Assembly: GCA_964106645.2 (NCBI GenBank)
Contig: OZ067051.1
DNA from: Podarcis pityusensis
Taxonomy: Eukaryota
Reading direction: 5' to 3' (one strand)
Length of the DNA: 64,000 nucleotides
How positions within the stretch are numbered: position 1 is the stretch's first letter; each line of letters starts with the position of its first letter. The notes beneath the pieces are model-generated. The model did no database searches. It was not told where the DNA came from and saw nothing but the letters and a program-made list of their open reading frames with translations. The translations under genes were made by a program, and so were the position numbers. Below, in pieces: positions 48,268-59,545 of the stretch.

Positions 48268-48460
48268 CATAAGAAGAGCCCTATCAGGCTAGGCCCATAC
48301 AGTCCAGGATTCTGTTCTCCTTGGGAAGCCCACAAGCATGACATTTGTGCTATAGCACTCTCCCAGCAACTGATGATCCCCAGCAACTGATAATCAGAGG
48401 CAGAGTGCCACTATTATAGTCACAATGACTGTAGACGTTGTTAGCCCTGTCCTACTTGAA
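48268..48460 (-). mobile_element. CR1-type 3' end relic
   Basis: CATAAGAAGAGCC...AGTCCAGGATTCTGTTCTC...GGGAAGCCCACAAGCA...CCCAGCAACTG. Confidence 0.6.
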
Positions 48461-48609
48461 TACTAAAACATGAATAGAAATTAAATAATACTTTGTTAGT
48501 ATCTAGGACGATAAAATAAACGATGAAACAAAATACTAAAAAAAACCTGAAAAAAGGAACAAGCTAAGATCAAATATGATTATATACCCCAAAACTGCTT
48601 GCAGAAAAA

Positions 48610-48820
48610 AATCCTGAAGCCAACTCCCTGTAGACCATGTTCTGGGGGATCCTGTCATCTTCCATTCTGTGGACATAACCAAGCCAGTGTAGACATCACT
48701 GAAACAGGAGTGTGAACATGCTGGGAATGTGGGCTTGGGAGAGGATATCTTTGTTTGAGACTCTGTCCTGCCATGTGATGCCCAAAATCTTCCTGATACA
48801 GCACATGTAGAAGGCACTCC
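48610..48820 (-). pseudogene. Old RTE-clade LINE relic (non-BovB)
   Basis: CIRKILGITWQDRVSNKDIL...LHWLGYVHRMEDDRIPQNMVYREL. Confidence 0.8.
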
Positions 48821-48837
48821 TGGCTGGTGCAGTGATC

Positions 48838-50784
48838 AATCAATCAATCAATCAATCAATAGATTTTATTGCATTAGCCGTGTGGCCATAGCATGATATA
48901 CATTGAAATAACAACATGAAATGGGGGTGGGGAGGTAAAGGTAGATATCTTCCTGGGCGAATACTTAAAGAAAGAGGGGGGGAAAGGGGGGGTTACTAAA
49001 GCGACAGGGGATTTAAAACATTGAGCGACAGATAGTACAGAAACAAACAAACAAAAAAAACTGCTGAAGCTGGAGGAGGACCGTTAAAGGGTCCTTCAGC
49101 TCCTCAGATTTATCCTAACTCCATTGTCCTTGTACAATAAGACTACTTGGAACTTCGTTCGATTGTGCGGCATATCGACTGCAGCTGTGGTGTTAAGGAA
49201 GAAGTTAGTGCCGCTTTCCTCTTCATCACACTAAGCAGGAAGTTAGCTGTCATCTCGGTAATCCAACAATCAGAATCCTGCAAAAGGAGGGACACTATCC
49301 AAGGCTGGATTGGGAGATGAAGCTTATTCACGAGGGGAGTTAAAAACCGAGATCTTTCATCTGTCCAGTTAGGACAGAAGAGCATTACATGTTCCATAGT
49401 CTCCAGGGCCGTGTTGTTACAGGTGCATGTTCTATTTGCGATGGGAACTCTGGAATAACGACCCGACAGAACTGCCGTAGGAAAACAGTTGAGACGGGCA
49501 CAGGTAAAGGCCCTTCGCTTAGCCTCCGAAGAAATTGTGAAGCAGTATAGAGGGATCCCTTCAGGGGGTGGAATAGCTAGGGCTAGGCCTGAACACGGCC
49601 CTCTTGCATAGGAAGCTGTGTTAGAGAAGTCAAGTTGCTGTAGTTTCTTTTTAATTGGAGGTAGGGCCGCCGGGCTGATACACTCTAAGTTAAGAACAGT
49701 TTTACAATTCAAATTGAGAAGAGAGCGGAATTTGAGGTTAATTGTAGTTTTCCAAGGGGAATTATGAATATCTCTTAGGATCAGATTGGAAAAACCACCT
49801 CTAATTCGAGCATCCGATGCTAATAGGTGGAAGCTGTAGGAAATGGCTCGACTCCATGCTCGTTTAACAATTGAGGGCTGGGCGAACTCGAGTCGTAGGG
49901 CTGCACCTGAGACACATCTCGGGACGCCGGAAAGAGATCTCAGAAACATATGAAGTGGGCGGTCCAAGTTACCTGATATTGCTGTAGTCCATACTTCGCA
50001 TCCATATAATAATTTAGGGACAACTTTGGCATTAAATATTTGAATTGCTGCTGGAAGGTGTTTGCCGCCCTTCTGGTGGTAAAATCGGACAATGGCGTTA
50101 GAGGTCATGGTTGCAGCGAGAAAGGCAGATTGTAGATGGGTGGTCCAGGAGAGATTATAAGTGAAAATTAAGCCTAGATATTTAAAGGCTTTTACCCTTT
50201 CTAAGTAGCCACCTGTGATCTTAAGCGGCTCCAACTTGAGTTTGCAGGAACGAGTGAAGTGGAGGACTTTCGATTTTTTATAATTAATATTAAGAGCTTC
50301 CGCCTTACAATAGGCGATAAATGCATTAACTGCATTTGCTAGGTCCGCAGCTGTTCTGGATAAGATGACGGCATCATCAGCATAGAAAAGGGAAGCAACG
50401 GGGTGGCCTGCTAAGTGAGGAGGGTACTTAGATGCTAGCTTCAAAGTGGAAATTGCATCATGAAGATAGAGATTAAACAGTAGAGGGGCCAAGAGACAAC
50501 CTTGTCGGACGCCCTTGGCCGTTGGAAATGGAGTAGTGAGGGAGCCGTTGGGACCACTTCGGACGCGAGCTGTGGTGTTTGAATAAAGGGAAATAATTAG
50601 GGAGAGGAGGTGCGGATCAATTCCCAGATGGGCAAGTTTGGACCATAATCTCTGCCTAGGAATGGAATCAAAGGCGGCCTCCAGGTCCATGAAAGCGGCA
50701 AATAGGTGGCCTTGCCTTGGTGCAGTGTATTTACTGGCAAGGTGATAGAGAGTTAGACAGTGGTCCATGGTTGATGCTGACTAA
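48838..50784 (-). mobile_element. 5'-truncated RTE-X-type LINE, family A, young
   Basis: RT ORF, 3' end ATGCTATGGCCACACGGCTAATGCAATAAA plus (ATTG)n tail. TSD AGTGATC at 48831-48837 and 50785-50791. Confidence 0.85.
49143..50768 (-). CDS. Non-LTR retrotransposon RT (partial) with C-terminal CCHC-like domain, 541-aa uninterrupted frame
   Basis: FMDLEAAFDSI, GVRQGCLLAPLLFNLY, LFYADD, FKYLG, RTCTC...ETMEHVMLFCP. Confidence 0.92.
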   Translation of the reverse strand: MDHCLTLYHLASKYTAPRQGHLFAAFMDLEAAFDSIPRQRLWSKLAHLGIDPHLLSLIISLYSNTTARVRSGPNGSLTTPFPTAKGVRQGCLLAPLLFNLYLHDAISTLKLASKYPPHLAGHPVASLFYADDAVILSRTAADLANAVNAFIAYCKAEALNINYKKSKVLHFTRSCKLKLEPLKITGGYLERVKAFKYLGLIFTYNLSWTTHLQSAFLAATMTSNAIVRFYHQKGGKHLPAAIQIFNAKVVPKLLYGCEVWTTAISGNLDRPLHMFLRSLSGVPRCVSGAALRLEFAQPSIVKRAWSRAISYSFHLLASDARIRGGFSNLILRDIHNSPWKTTINLKFRSLLNLNCKTVLNLECISPAALPPIKKKLQQLDFSNTASYARGPCSGLALAIPPPEGIPLYCFTISSEAKRRAFTCARLNCFPTAVLSGRYSRVPIANRTCTCNNTALETMEHVMLFCPNWTDERSRFLTPLVNKLHLPIQPWIVSLLLQDSDCWITEMTANFLLSVMKRKAALTSSLTPQLQSICRTIERSSK

Positions 50785-51414
50785 AGTGATCTAATTGGGT
50801 GTTCATGGTACTGTATTGGCATTTAATTTTTGCTGCATAATACTGTATCACTTTTAGATATTTAAACTAGTGCATGAATGTAAAGGCAAATTTCTATTTC
50901 TACAACACCTTAGGATTGAATTCATCCTGCCCAACCTTCTGTCACCCAGCTGCTTGCCTCCTTACTGTGATTTTAATTCACAAACTGTTCAAATAATCTG
51001 TCATCCTTCAAAGGAACCTTAGCACTTAACAGCTCTTCTGCGTGTTAAACTTCCATGGAAGTTTTCAATTAAAACAAACCTTTTTAGAGCTCACACTGTT
51101 TATATATAAAGAAATTTATCACCATAAAAAAAATCCCAGGAGGGAAGCTGAAAAATGCAGTAAAATCTTTGCACTGTTTAATGGTTATCACCCTTGGGTA
51201 TCTTGTAGGTTTCAACTAACGAAATGTGAGTATGAATTTCATTTCCTCCCCCGAAAAAGTCAGGCTGAATCTATTTTTTTCTGCCTCTTTGCTTGTATTG
51301 TTGCCCATAGAAAGTGTTGAAATCATTGCCCATACAACCTTTTGTAAGTATATTGGATGGTTTTATTCCCCCCCTTATCATATACCAATCTGGTTTTCTC
51401 TATCCCACATCCAA

Positions 51415-51790
51415 GAGGTTTTCTGGTGAAGGAGATGGTGCTTTTATGGACAATAGCATCAGACATGTCCCCCATTCTAACCTGTTGCTGTGCCAAGTAT
51501 CCAGGTGAGTACAGCTGGATAAGTTCAGGTCCATCCAACTCCCTCACACAAGTCTTGGTAATACATGCCAGATCAGTCCATTTATCCGTGATCAAGTTGT
51601 GGATGAGTATGGTCTTACTATAGACTGATCTGACATTAATTAACCACACTACCAAACTAGAGAGCTCAGCTGATATGCTACCAGTACCTTCCAGAGGAGT
51701 GGGAAGGTTTGTATAAGGAATAGAGATCAAACATGTAGGCCTCTGCCCAAGATGGTAGTCAGCCTTCCCTGCCTACCATCACTGAGATTG
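51415..51790 (-). pseudogene. L2 endonuclease-domain relic
   Basis: LINVRSVYSKTILIHNLITDKWTDLACITKT, a decayed LLNARSV..K...IHDLI....DLACITETW. Confidence 0.75.
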
Positions 51791-52189
51791 GAGCAGCACT
51801 TTGCAATTCCTTGCTACCTTCCTTCCCACCCAGACACATTTGAGCCCCATCATCCATCACCATATGCAGGTGGGTGATTAGGGCCACAAACAATAAACCA
51901 AAGCCCAGTAGTCAGGAGGAAGATAGTAAGCCCACTTCCAATTCTCCTCCTGCTACTTTCTACTCAGGGAACACTACCAAACCAGACTTCCCCTCTAAAA
52001 GACTCTCCCAGACCTGTTCCCCACAGTACCTGACCTACAATTCTATACCTTTACTGACAATGGGAAGGGAACCCGAAGCAGTGAATCCCTTTGGTGTTGC
52101 CCCCTTCAGGAACAAATGCACCACCTACAGCAGAGCCTTTTCTTAAAGCAAGGAAGGACCTGTACCACACTTCACATCTGAGGCATTAC

Positions 52190-52382
52190 TAAGAATTTAG
52201 GGAGCTGCCTTGCTCCAGCTGGCACATCTAGTTCAGTATTATCTAGGCTGACTAGTAGCAGCTTCTAGAAAAGACACTGTGTCACACCAGTGTCTTTTCT
52301 AGCCTTACCTGGGTATGACAAGCTTTTAGCCTGGGGTCTTCTGCATACAAAGCATATCTCAATCAATAACTGAGCTACAGCA
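52190..52382 (-). mobile_element. Degraded tRNA-derived SINE with CR1-like tail
   Basis: Minus strand GCTGTAGCTCAGT...TGCTTTGTATGCAGAAGACCCCAGG head and CTGAACTAGATG..GGCAGCTCCCT tail. Confidence 0.55.
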
Positions 52383-54345
52383 GCCTGGAGAATCATCCTG
52401 TGTGGGGACAGATAAATAAACACCACACATACACTCGCACTTTACTAAAGCTCTGATCTTTCCCCCAAAAGGTTGTACACAGAGATAATAGAATGGAGAA
52501 GGTAGGATTGGGATCTTTATCTTTACTTGAGCCCCTGTTCATACATGAAAATCACTTTGGGTCAGTCACTTGTCTCTCAGCCTACCCCTACCCCGCAGGA
52601 TGGTTGTGAAGATAAAATGGGATAACCCCAAACATGCAGCAAAACGGCCTTACTGTTTTGATCTGTTTCATTGCAATGCTAAACATTTGCAAGTCACCCA
52701 GGGAACCTGTTGAAGAGTGGTGTACAAATCAAATCAATAAATAAAATGAAGAGTAGAGTAGAAATGTGGAAAATAGTGTCTGTCCAAAGCAATTGCTGCA
52801 TTCGTTGCTAGACCAGATAGATGAAGAATAGTGCTTCTTGTCACATAAAGAAAAAATAGTTATACCTGCCACCTGCTGCTCCCATCACTGCCACCTTCTC
52901 TCCTGTCCAATAAATCACCATCATTGTGTACCCTTTGTCTCACAGATTCCAGTGTTATAATGAGGAATACCCAGCTGCTCATCTATAACTTAGGAACAGT
53001 ACTACTAACCTTCTTTGACTAATCTCATTTGTCTTCCCATATCTGAAATAAAGGACATTCTTCCCCCTTCCTCAAGTTGACTGTCAGCATTGCAGGCTGT
53101 TTCCCATTAATTTGTTTGCGTGTGTCTGTGCTGGTGTTGCAAATATTAAGAGCTGAGAGAGAGAGAGAAACCAGCTCCAGTTCCCAGCATAGCACTGGGA
53201 TTGTACCCTTTCAGAATATGGGGGAAAGTGCCCCTCCTCCATAAATCTACATATTAAAAATACAGAAATTAGTGAGAGACTTGGCTAGAATTCTTCTCCT
53301 TGGGTTTTCACTTGTTGCTGTCTTGTTAAATGATAATAAATCAAAAATTTATACAAGGAAAGATTCACACATGAGACTCTTCCCTTGCATTTTTAAATGG
53401 AACCTTTCTCCCTTTGATGCATAGGAAGATTTAGGCGTGTATTGGGGTGGGGGATTTACATGTGATCTCTAGGTGAATGCCAAAATAATGCATAACAGTA
53501 GAATAGCATTTTCTAACCTCGTTCTGCTATGAGGCCTGGGCTGATGGGAATGTTTAAAACACCTGGGAGACACTGGGTTGAGGAAGGCTGTACCAGAACC
53601 TGCCCTTCCTCCAAAACATGGGGCAAATTTCTCTCCATAATTTTGAGGCCATTTATTGGTCTCAGAAATCAGATTAAGATCCTCCTCATAATGAAGTGGG
53701 CAGTCAAGCAACCTTTCTTTACTTGCAAAAGATTGCTAATTTGCAAACCTTGAGCTGAAAGATGCATACTTCTCTATCTGAATAACACAGCACTGGGCTC
53801 TTGTGGTTCAGTAAGGGCTTATCTATTATTTTAACACACAAACATGTCACTCAAACTTCTTGTTTGGAGCAGCAGGCCGCTTAAAACACATGCCCCAAAT
53901 ATACTGCTAGTTTTTCACTGATGCAGTGAAACTCTCTTTCAGGAAAAAATGGTTTCAGATGTGTCTTATAATGAAGGACCTGGTGTTCTAATGGGATTGT
54001 GGTTTGTTTGCTTTTCTAAAACATGAGTGTTTCTCTCTCCCCACACCTTCCAAACATAGCTGACCACTCAAGAGTTTCCTGAGGCTCTTTCCTGCTGTAC
54101 CATTACTTTACTGTTCTAAAACTGTTGAGAATAACAGCAATTAAATGAGGCAAAATCAATTTCTCTGTTTGCACATTTCAGCAGGGAGTCTCATGAAAGT
54201 GACTACACATCACTCAGGCTACTGTATTGGATTTGTTTCCTTCTCTTTCTCTCCCAGCCCCTCCCCTTTTCTTTCTTTCATTCCTTCCTTCCGTCCTTCT
54301 ATGCTGGTGGTTAGGATTTGGTTGATGTTTCTAGTTAAAACCTGA

Positions 54346-54457
54346 GGGTTGGATCCAACTAAGAGCTATCCGGACTAGACCCACTGAAATTGTTATTAGC
54401 CATGTATATTAGTTTTGATGGCTCTACTTTGAGTAGGGCTAGCAATGGCTACAACCC
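54346..54457. mobile_element. Short palindromic MITE (Harbinger-like); related copies at ~44680-44795 and ~45596-45700
   Basis: GGGTTGGATCCA...TGGCTACAACCC termini with an internal AGACCCACTGAAAT / ATGGCTCTACT inverted repeat. Confidence 0.6.
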
Positions 54458-54646
54458 AGAATATGGTTGGGGAGAGAAAGGGTCTAGCACCTTCACTAAA
54501 ATGAACAATTAATTTTTTAATTTTTAGAAATTGTTTATATAAACACACATGATATTTAACTTGAGAAACTCATGACTAATACACACAAAAAAGGAAATTG
54601 ATTATTACTGTGAATTTCTATTTGTAGATTAGGTTGGATGACATTC

Positions 54647-54917
54647 TGTGAATAGGATGATTCCTCCCTCTGCCTTGATATGCGGGGTCTTCAAGGTCTC
54701 TTGCCTCTTCTTCCTGCGGGAGGAGTCATCCCACCCTCTGGATCAAACTGGTAGAGCAGAAACAACTCTTCCCCCTCCCGCAGTGCAGGAACTAAAAGAA
54801 ATGTAATCTGTGTTTGGACCCCAGGCTTAGGGGCAGGGTATGACTCATGAAGCCTCTGTTTGACCCTTGGGGCTTTCTTCAGGCAGCCCCTTCCCAAACT
54901 ACTGGCCTTGTGTCACA
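54647..54917. mobile_element. Possible solo LTR (271 bp)
   Basis: TGTGA...TCACA inverted termini. Imperfect flanking duplication ACATTC / CCGTTC. Confidence 0.4.
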
Positions 54918-54924
54918 CCGTTCT

Positions 54925-55390
54925 TGCTGCTTTCAGTATAACTTGAGTTGCATCTTCACAGCCGTCCAAGAAGATGCAAATCAGTTTCACCCTTCTGACA
55001 AAGATATTCAAATTCCTGCTCCTGGGATTTCATAACTTTTTCTTGGGCCCTCTAGACTTTATCGTGATAAAGCCGGCAGTTGTGAGGGCAGCTGTGGCAC
55101 ACAGGCCAACACCTTATCTGATGCTCTGCATAGCAACATTATGTATTCCTAATGTGTTTTTACTCCGTCTTTTTATTAGAAGTGGAAGCCGTACTTGGTT
55201 TTCCTAATGTCAGTTCATAACTTCTATCATTTCCATCTTGGGCACCAGCTATTTGTTCTTCATTTTCATCAGCATAGAAACTTATATCATTTGATGTATT
55301 AAAGCATTCTGCTTCTTTCTTTGCTTATATTCACCAAGCTGCCTTTTCGCGTCTTCTTGCCGCTTCCACTTCTTGACTTGTCTTATGTTC
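54925..55390 (-). pseudogene. Decayed divergent hAT-like (hATm/hATw/hATx-type) transposase fragment
   Basis: Minus-strand peptides NVAMQSIR*GVGLCATAALTTA, DKV*RAQEKVM and ICIFLDGCEDAT follow the order RYGV..RA.AA / K.RR..K / (Y/F)FDGRKD.T that precedes the first catalytic Asp. Confidence 0.55.
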
Positions 55391-55539
55391 AGGCATATAT
55401 AATATAACTGCAAATATTTGGCAATCATTTTTAATGATTTTTATGTAATTTTACACACATTTTTCCATGGAAAAAATAAGACAAGTTTAAAATTATTGGA
55501 AATTCTGCAAAAACACATAAAAGTCAATATTTTTATGTA

Positions 55540-56133
55540 CCATATTTTTCGCTCTATAACACGCACCCGACCATAACACGCACATAGTTTTTAGAGGAAG
55601 AAAACAAGAAAAAAAATATTCTAAACGAAACAGTGGATGTATGATTTTTGTGGTTCATGCTGTGGCCACAGACATGTGATCTGATGGTGAGTTTGGGGTA
55701 GCCCAATGCAAAAATCCTGAGGATCCATGTGGATCCATGCTTTGTAACCATGTTTTTGCACCACTGTGGCCCCAGGCAACAGTGGATGCATGATTTTTTT
55801 GGTGCAAGCTGTAGCCATGGACATGCTATGTGATCTGATGGTGAATTTGGGGTGACCCAGTGCAAAAATCCTGAGGATCCATGTGGATCCGTGCTTTGTA
55901 ACCAGGCTCTTTGTCCCTCTCTTCTCCCCACTCAGTGGCTCTTCTCCCGCTTTGCTGTTTCAAAGCGAGCAAAGCAAGCCATGGAGGAGGGAAGGAAGGG
56001 GAACCATGGATCCTCTGCTCACGACTGCAGCAGATCCCCCTGCCATCCGTAGGCATTCGCTCCATAACACGCACAGACATTTCCCCTTACTTTCTAGGAG
56101 GAAAAAAGTGAGTGTTATGGAGCAAAAATATGG
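55540..56133. mobile_element. Tc2/pogo-type MITE with an internal ~150-bp tandem duplication
   Basis: TA|CCATATTTTTCGCTCTATAACACGCAC ... GTGTTATGGAGCAAAAATATGG|TA. Repeat units at 55629-55750 and 55778-55904. Confidence 0.9.
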
Positions 56134-57018
56134 TAGTTATTTACCAACCAAAATGACAATATCTTTTGAATTCTTGGGTCATGTTGCAGCTTTTTAGGAC
56201 CCCTCATTTCTGGAATTAAAAAGTTGAAAAATTCAACACACTCTATTCTCCATCCCTAGTTTAGATAGTACAGTTCTTGCTTAGGTAATTAAACTATTGC
56301 AAAGAGACTGTTAACTCTTTGTCTTGTGGATGGGGAACCTGTGGACCTCCAAATGTTCCTGGGCCACAACTCTCATCTCCTCTGATCATGGGCCAAGCAG
56401 TCCTGGTTTGTCTCCAAGTTTGGGGCAATTAATTTTTGTTATGGTGTAACGTCATTGTAGATGTGGGGTATTTGTTTGATGGAAGTAACTAGTTGTTTTT
56501 TCATTTTTGTTAGCTCATTATTTCATATTTAGCAATAAGAACCACATTTAATCTCAAACTTCCCTTTGCTGTCTTTGTAGATGGTAAACTGTTTTGTAGA
56601 TTCATAACACAGAAAATACAAGGCCCCCACATTTATATTTGTGCAGATGTTTCAAAAACAAAACCCCTGCTGAATATACATCCATCTGGCCAAACATATT
56701 TTGAAAGTTGAGACGAGGTGCACTCTGACCTGCATTTTTGCTTATTACCAATGTATTGCTAACATATATGAATATGGGATACCTGCAGTGTTTGAGTGTT
56801 AATCTTGCAGACAGATGGCATACTTTAAAGACATTTTCAGCAAAGCAGTTGTGTAGATAGATGCTTTCCCCATTATAATTAGTATGATTCGCTTGCCTGG
56901 TTCATACAAAAAACCTTTTCCTATCTGTAATCCAGAATTAAACAAACCTTGGCTTGCTCTTCTTGCAATTGTTGTATTAAATGTACTTGTTAAGATTGGG
57001 TCATGAGTCCTCTGTAGA

Positions 57019-57650
57019 TGTCATAGAGGGGATGGTTGGATCCTGAGAAGGAATGGGAAGAGCTCAGGGAGTTGGACTTGGATGACCCTGGGAAGGGTCC
57101 TAGAAGGATGGGGGAGGTGTAATTGGGACCCCAAGAAGTGTCTGAGCTTGAGGAGGAAGGTAGTAGTTGAGGGAGTGGAGCATTGGATCCAGGGGAGGGA
57201 CCAAGCGGGTTGGCAGCAGCATGTTCTCCAGTGAATGGGAAACAGCTGGTCGGAAACCTCCTGCTGTAGAACTGCCCTGGCACCTCCTGCCAAGGAGGAA
57301 CCTCTTCTTCCACACAAGACAACTGAGTAAATCAGAAGCTGAGCTGGCACTGATTTCAACTCCAAGGACACTGAGATGTCATTGCAAGTATGAACAAACC
57401 TCACAAGTTCAGCTCACTTGAACAAGTGCCCGTTTACTTGCCCAATCCCAAAACTTTGGTTGCTTGCTGTGCTGTGAATACCCTGTCCTCCAAAATGTCT
57501 TAACTTGCATTTAGCCATGTATCTTTACCTCTTATTCACCTGCTGCACCTTGTTACCTGTGCCTTGCCCAAGTACAAGTATGATTTATGTGGTGTTAAAT
57601 TTTTTGGAAGAAACCAAACTGGGAATTTGATTTTTTCTTCTGCTGCCATC
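57019..57650 (+). mobile_element. Possible degraded Gypsy-type solo LTR
   Basis: Starts TGTCAT with a purine-rich GAGGAAGG tract distinct from its flanks. No 3' end or TSD resolved. Confidence 0.3.
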
Positions 57651-57835
57651 ATTGAGGGGAATCATATTAGTGATGAAGTCACCAAAGGCCAAAGGCCGCT
57701 TCTTGTAGCCATAATACTAACAAGAGAGATATGATCTGCATGAAGGTCACTTGTCACTTCTTAGACTTTTTCTTCCTTTTACAGTGGTACATGCTTTTCC
57801 TTTGCAAATGTAGTGGAATTAGTTTCAATCTTTTC

Positions 57836-57975
57836 AGTTGGGGATGGGGAAGTTGTGGGCCTCCAGATGTTGGACTCCAACTTCTCTCATCCTTCCTATT
57901 GGCCATGCTGGCTAGAGCTGATGGACGTTTGAGTCCAACAACATACAGAGGGCACAAGGTTGGAAAAAGGTGCTC
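57836..57975. mobile_element. Degraded hAT-type MITE
   Basis: GGGCCTCCAGATGTTGGACTC...GAGTCCAACAACATACAGAGGGC inverted repeat. Similar degraded copies near 12805, 23535, 48065 and 56325. Confidence 0.65.
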
Positions 57976-58105
57976 TCTGCAGTCCCCTTTCCCCATACCA
58001 GTTAGCAACTTCCTAGTGGTTGCTTGTTTCTTTAGGTGAAAGTCCTTCCCCTAGCTTATCTGTTTCCAGGGGAAATATGGATATCTGGCTGCAGGCAAGT
58101 GGAAG

Positions 58106-58688
58106 CAGCGGCGTAGCGTGGGTTATCAGCACCCGGGGCAAGGCAAGTAATTTGCGCCCCCTAACCCGGGGCAAGGCAAATAATTTGCGCCCCCTAACCC
58201 GGGGCAAGGCAAGTACAGTAATTTACTCTCCCAAGCAGCAGCAGCAGCGAGGCTTCTCTTTCCCCCGCGCTCTCCTGGAGCTGCCTCTTTTCTTTCCTTT
58301 TTTCCCTTTCTCCAAGGCTTTTCGCTTTCTCTCCTTAATTGATTCCTCCTCCACACCGCAGCGTTTCCTAGCTGCTTCCCCCCCCCTTCCCCTCTCTCTC
58401 CTCCTCGTTCTGCTTGCCTTGCCCTGCACTGGCAGCAGCAGGCGCAGCCAGACCCCCGCCAGCCAGCCCGCCCGCCCGCCCGCCCACCCGGCTTCCTCTC
58501 CTTTTTTTGCCCGCGGCAGAAGGCTTCGCTCTCCCCCTTCCGCGACCTCCTCGCCAAGCCGAGCGAGCGCGGGCTCCCTAACCCGTGGATTTTAGTAGGG
58601 GCAGAGAGCTGCTAGTGCGAGCGCGCCCCCCGCCCATGTTGCGCCCGGTGCGGCTGGCCCCCCTGGCACCCCCCACGCTACGCCACTG
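58106..58688. mobile_element. hAT (Ac-like) non-autonomous element carrying GC-rich cargo
   Basis: TIRs CAGCGGCGTAGCGTGGG / CCCACGCTACGCCACTG. Perfect 8-bp TSD AGTGGAAG at 58098-58105 and 58689-58696. 33-bp subterminal repeat, about 2.6 copies, at 58131-58215. Confidence 0.93.
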
Positions 58689-59545
58689 AGTGGAAGTCTC
58701 ACATTCCTTCTACATGACCACACATCTTCAGGTTGGCTTGACAGCATATTTCTGTATATTCGAAGATAGCTTCCCCCTCTGATGTGAGCCTAGTTAGTGG
58801 GAGTGATTTGTTAGTGGGAATGATTTGACTTAGAGAACAGCCTGGAGTGGGTAATTGCAAGGCCGTGTGTGGATTGTTCCTATTGTACCCTGTGTTGGTA
58901 ATTTCCTTATTTGTTTTTATAGTATGGCATTGAGAAGTCACAGGTCTTTTCTTTCCTCTATCATGAGGGCTAGAAACTGCTACAAAAAAAAAGAAGTAAA
59001 GAAAAAAGCTGGCTTACTTAGGCATTCATCTAATAGCAGACATACAAAACAAACAGACAGCAATTATTGTGAGACTGGCAACAAAATCACTAGAGTCGAT
59101 GGCTCTAATTAAGTCCCTAAGGGAATTGGTCAGGAGGAGAGCCAACATCTCCAATGAAAAGAACTGTATTGCAATATTTAATTGCCTCAATTACTGTGTT
59201 GTTAGCAATAAGGATAGATTTCTTAATTTATCTTAAATGATAAAATTGTACTTTCATATGTGTTGATTCTTGTGGAAGTTTATATTTAGGAAACAGGACC
59301 CATAATAGTAAGTATTTTATAAACAAATGCTTTACAGTCTAAACAGTTTGTGTATTCTTATGTGAAACACAAATGCAAAATTATTTAAATCTGATGTGAA
59401 GTCTGATGATGTAAACTCTCTTAAGTAATAAAAATAATGCTTACAGTAGCAAGGATTTGGAAAGTCTAAACATTCCAGTGGTGAGCCTGTAAGTATCCAG
59501 TACATAGCTGGATTTATTGAGATTCGAATAACTCTGTGTAACTTC

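Noticed and set aside
48865-48894. Histone-mRNA stem-loop or SECIS interpretation of the RTE-X 3' hairpin
   Set aside because: It lacks the 6-bp stem/UUUC loop consensus and the SECIS AUGA/GA core with apical AA, and the ORF has no in-frame UGA.
56550-56590. 3-nt microexon candidate (TTTGTAG|ATG|GTAAAC) with upstream TGC
   Set aside because: Weak donor, expected by chance, and no supporting evidence.
58131-58215. 33-bp repeats resembling a CRISPR array
   Set aside because: Head-to-tail tandem copies with no spacers, in eukaryotic DNA, forming transposon subterminal repeats.
58013-58595. Overlapping ORFs of up to 191 aa in the GC-rich segment
   Set aside because: Low-complexity translations on both strands of a TSD-flanked hAT element; open only because of GC content.
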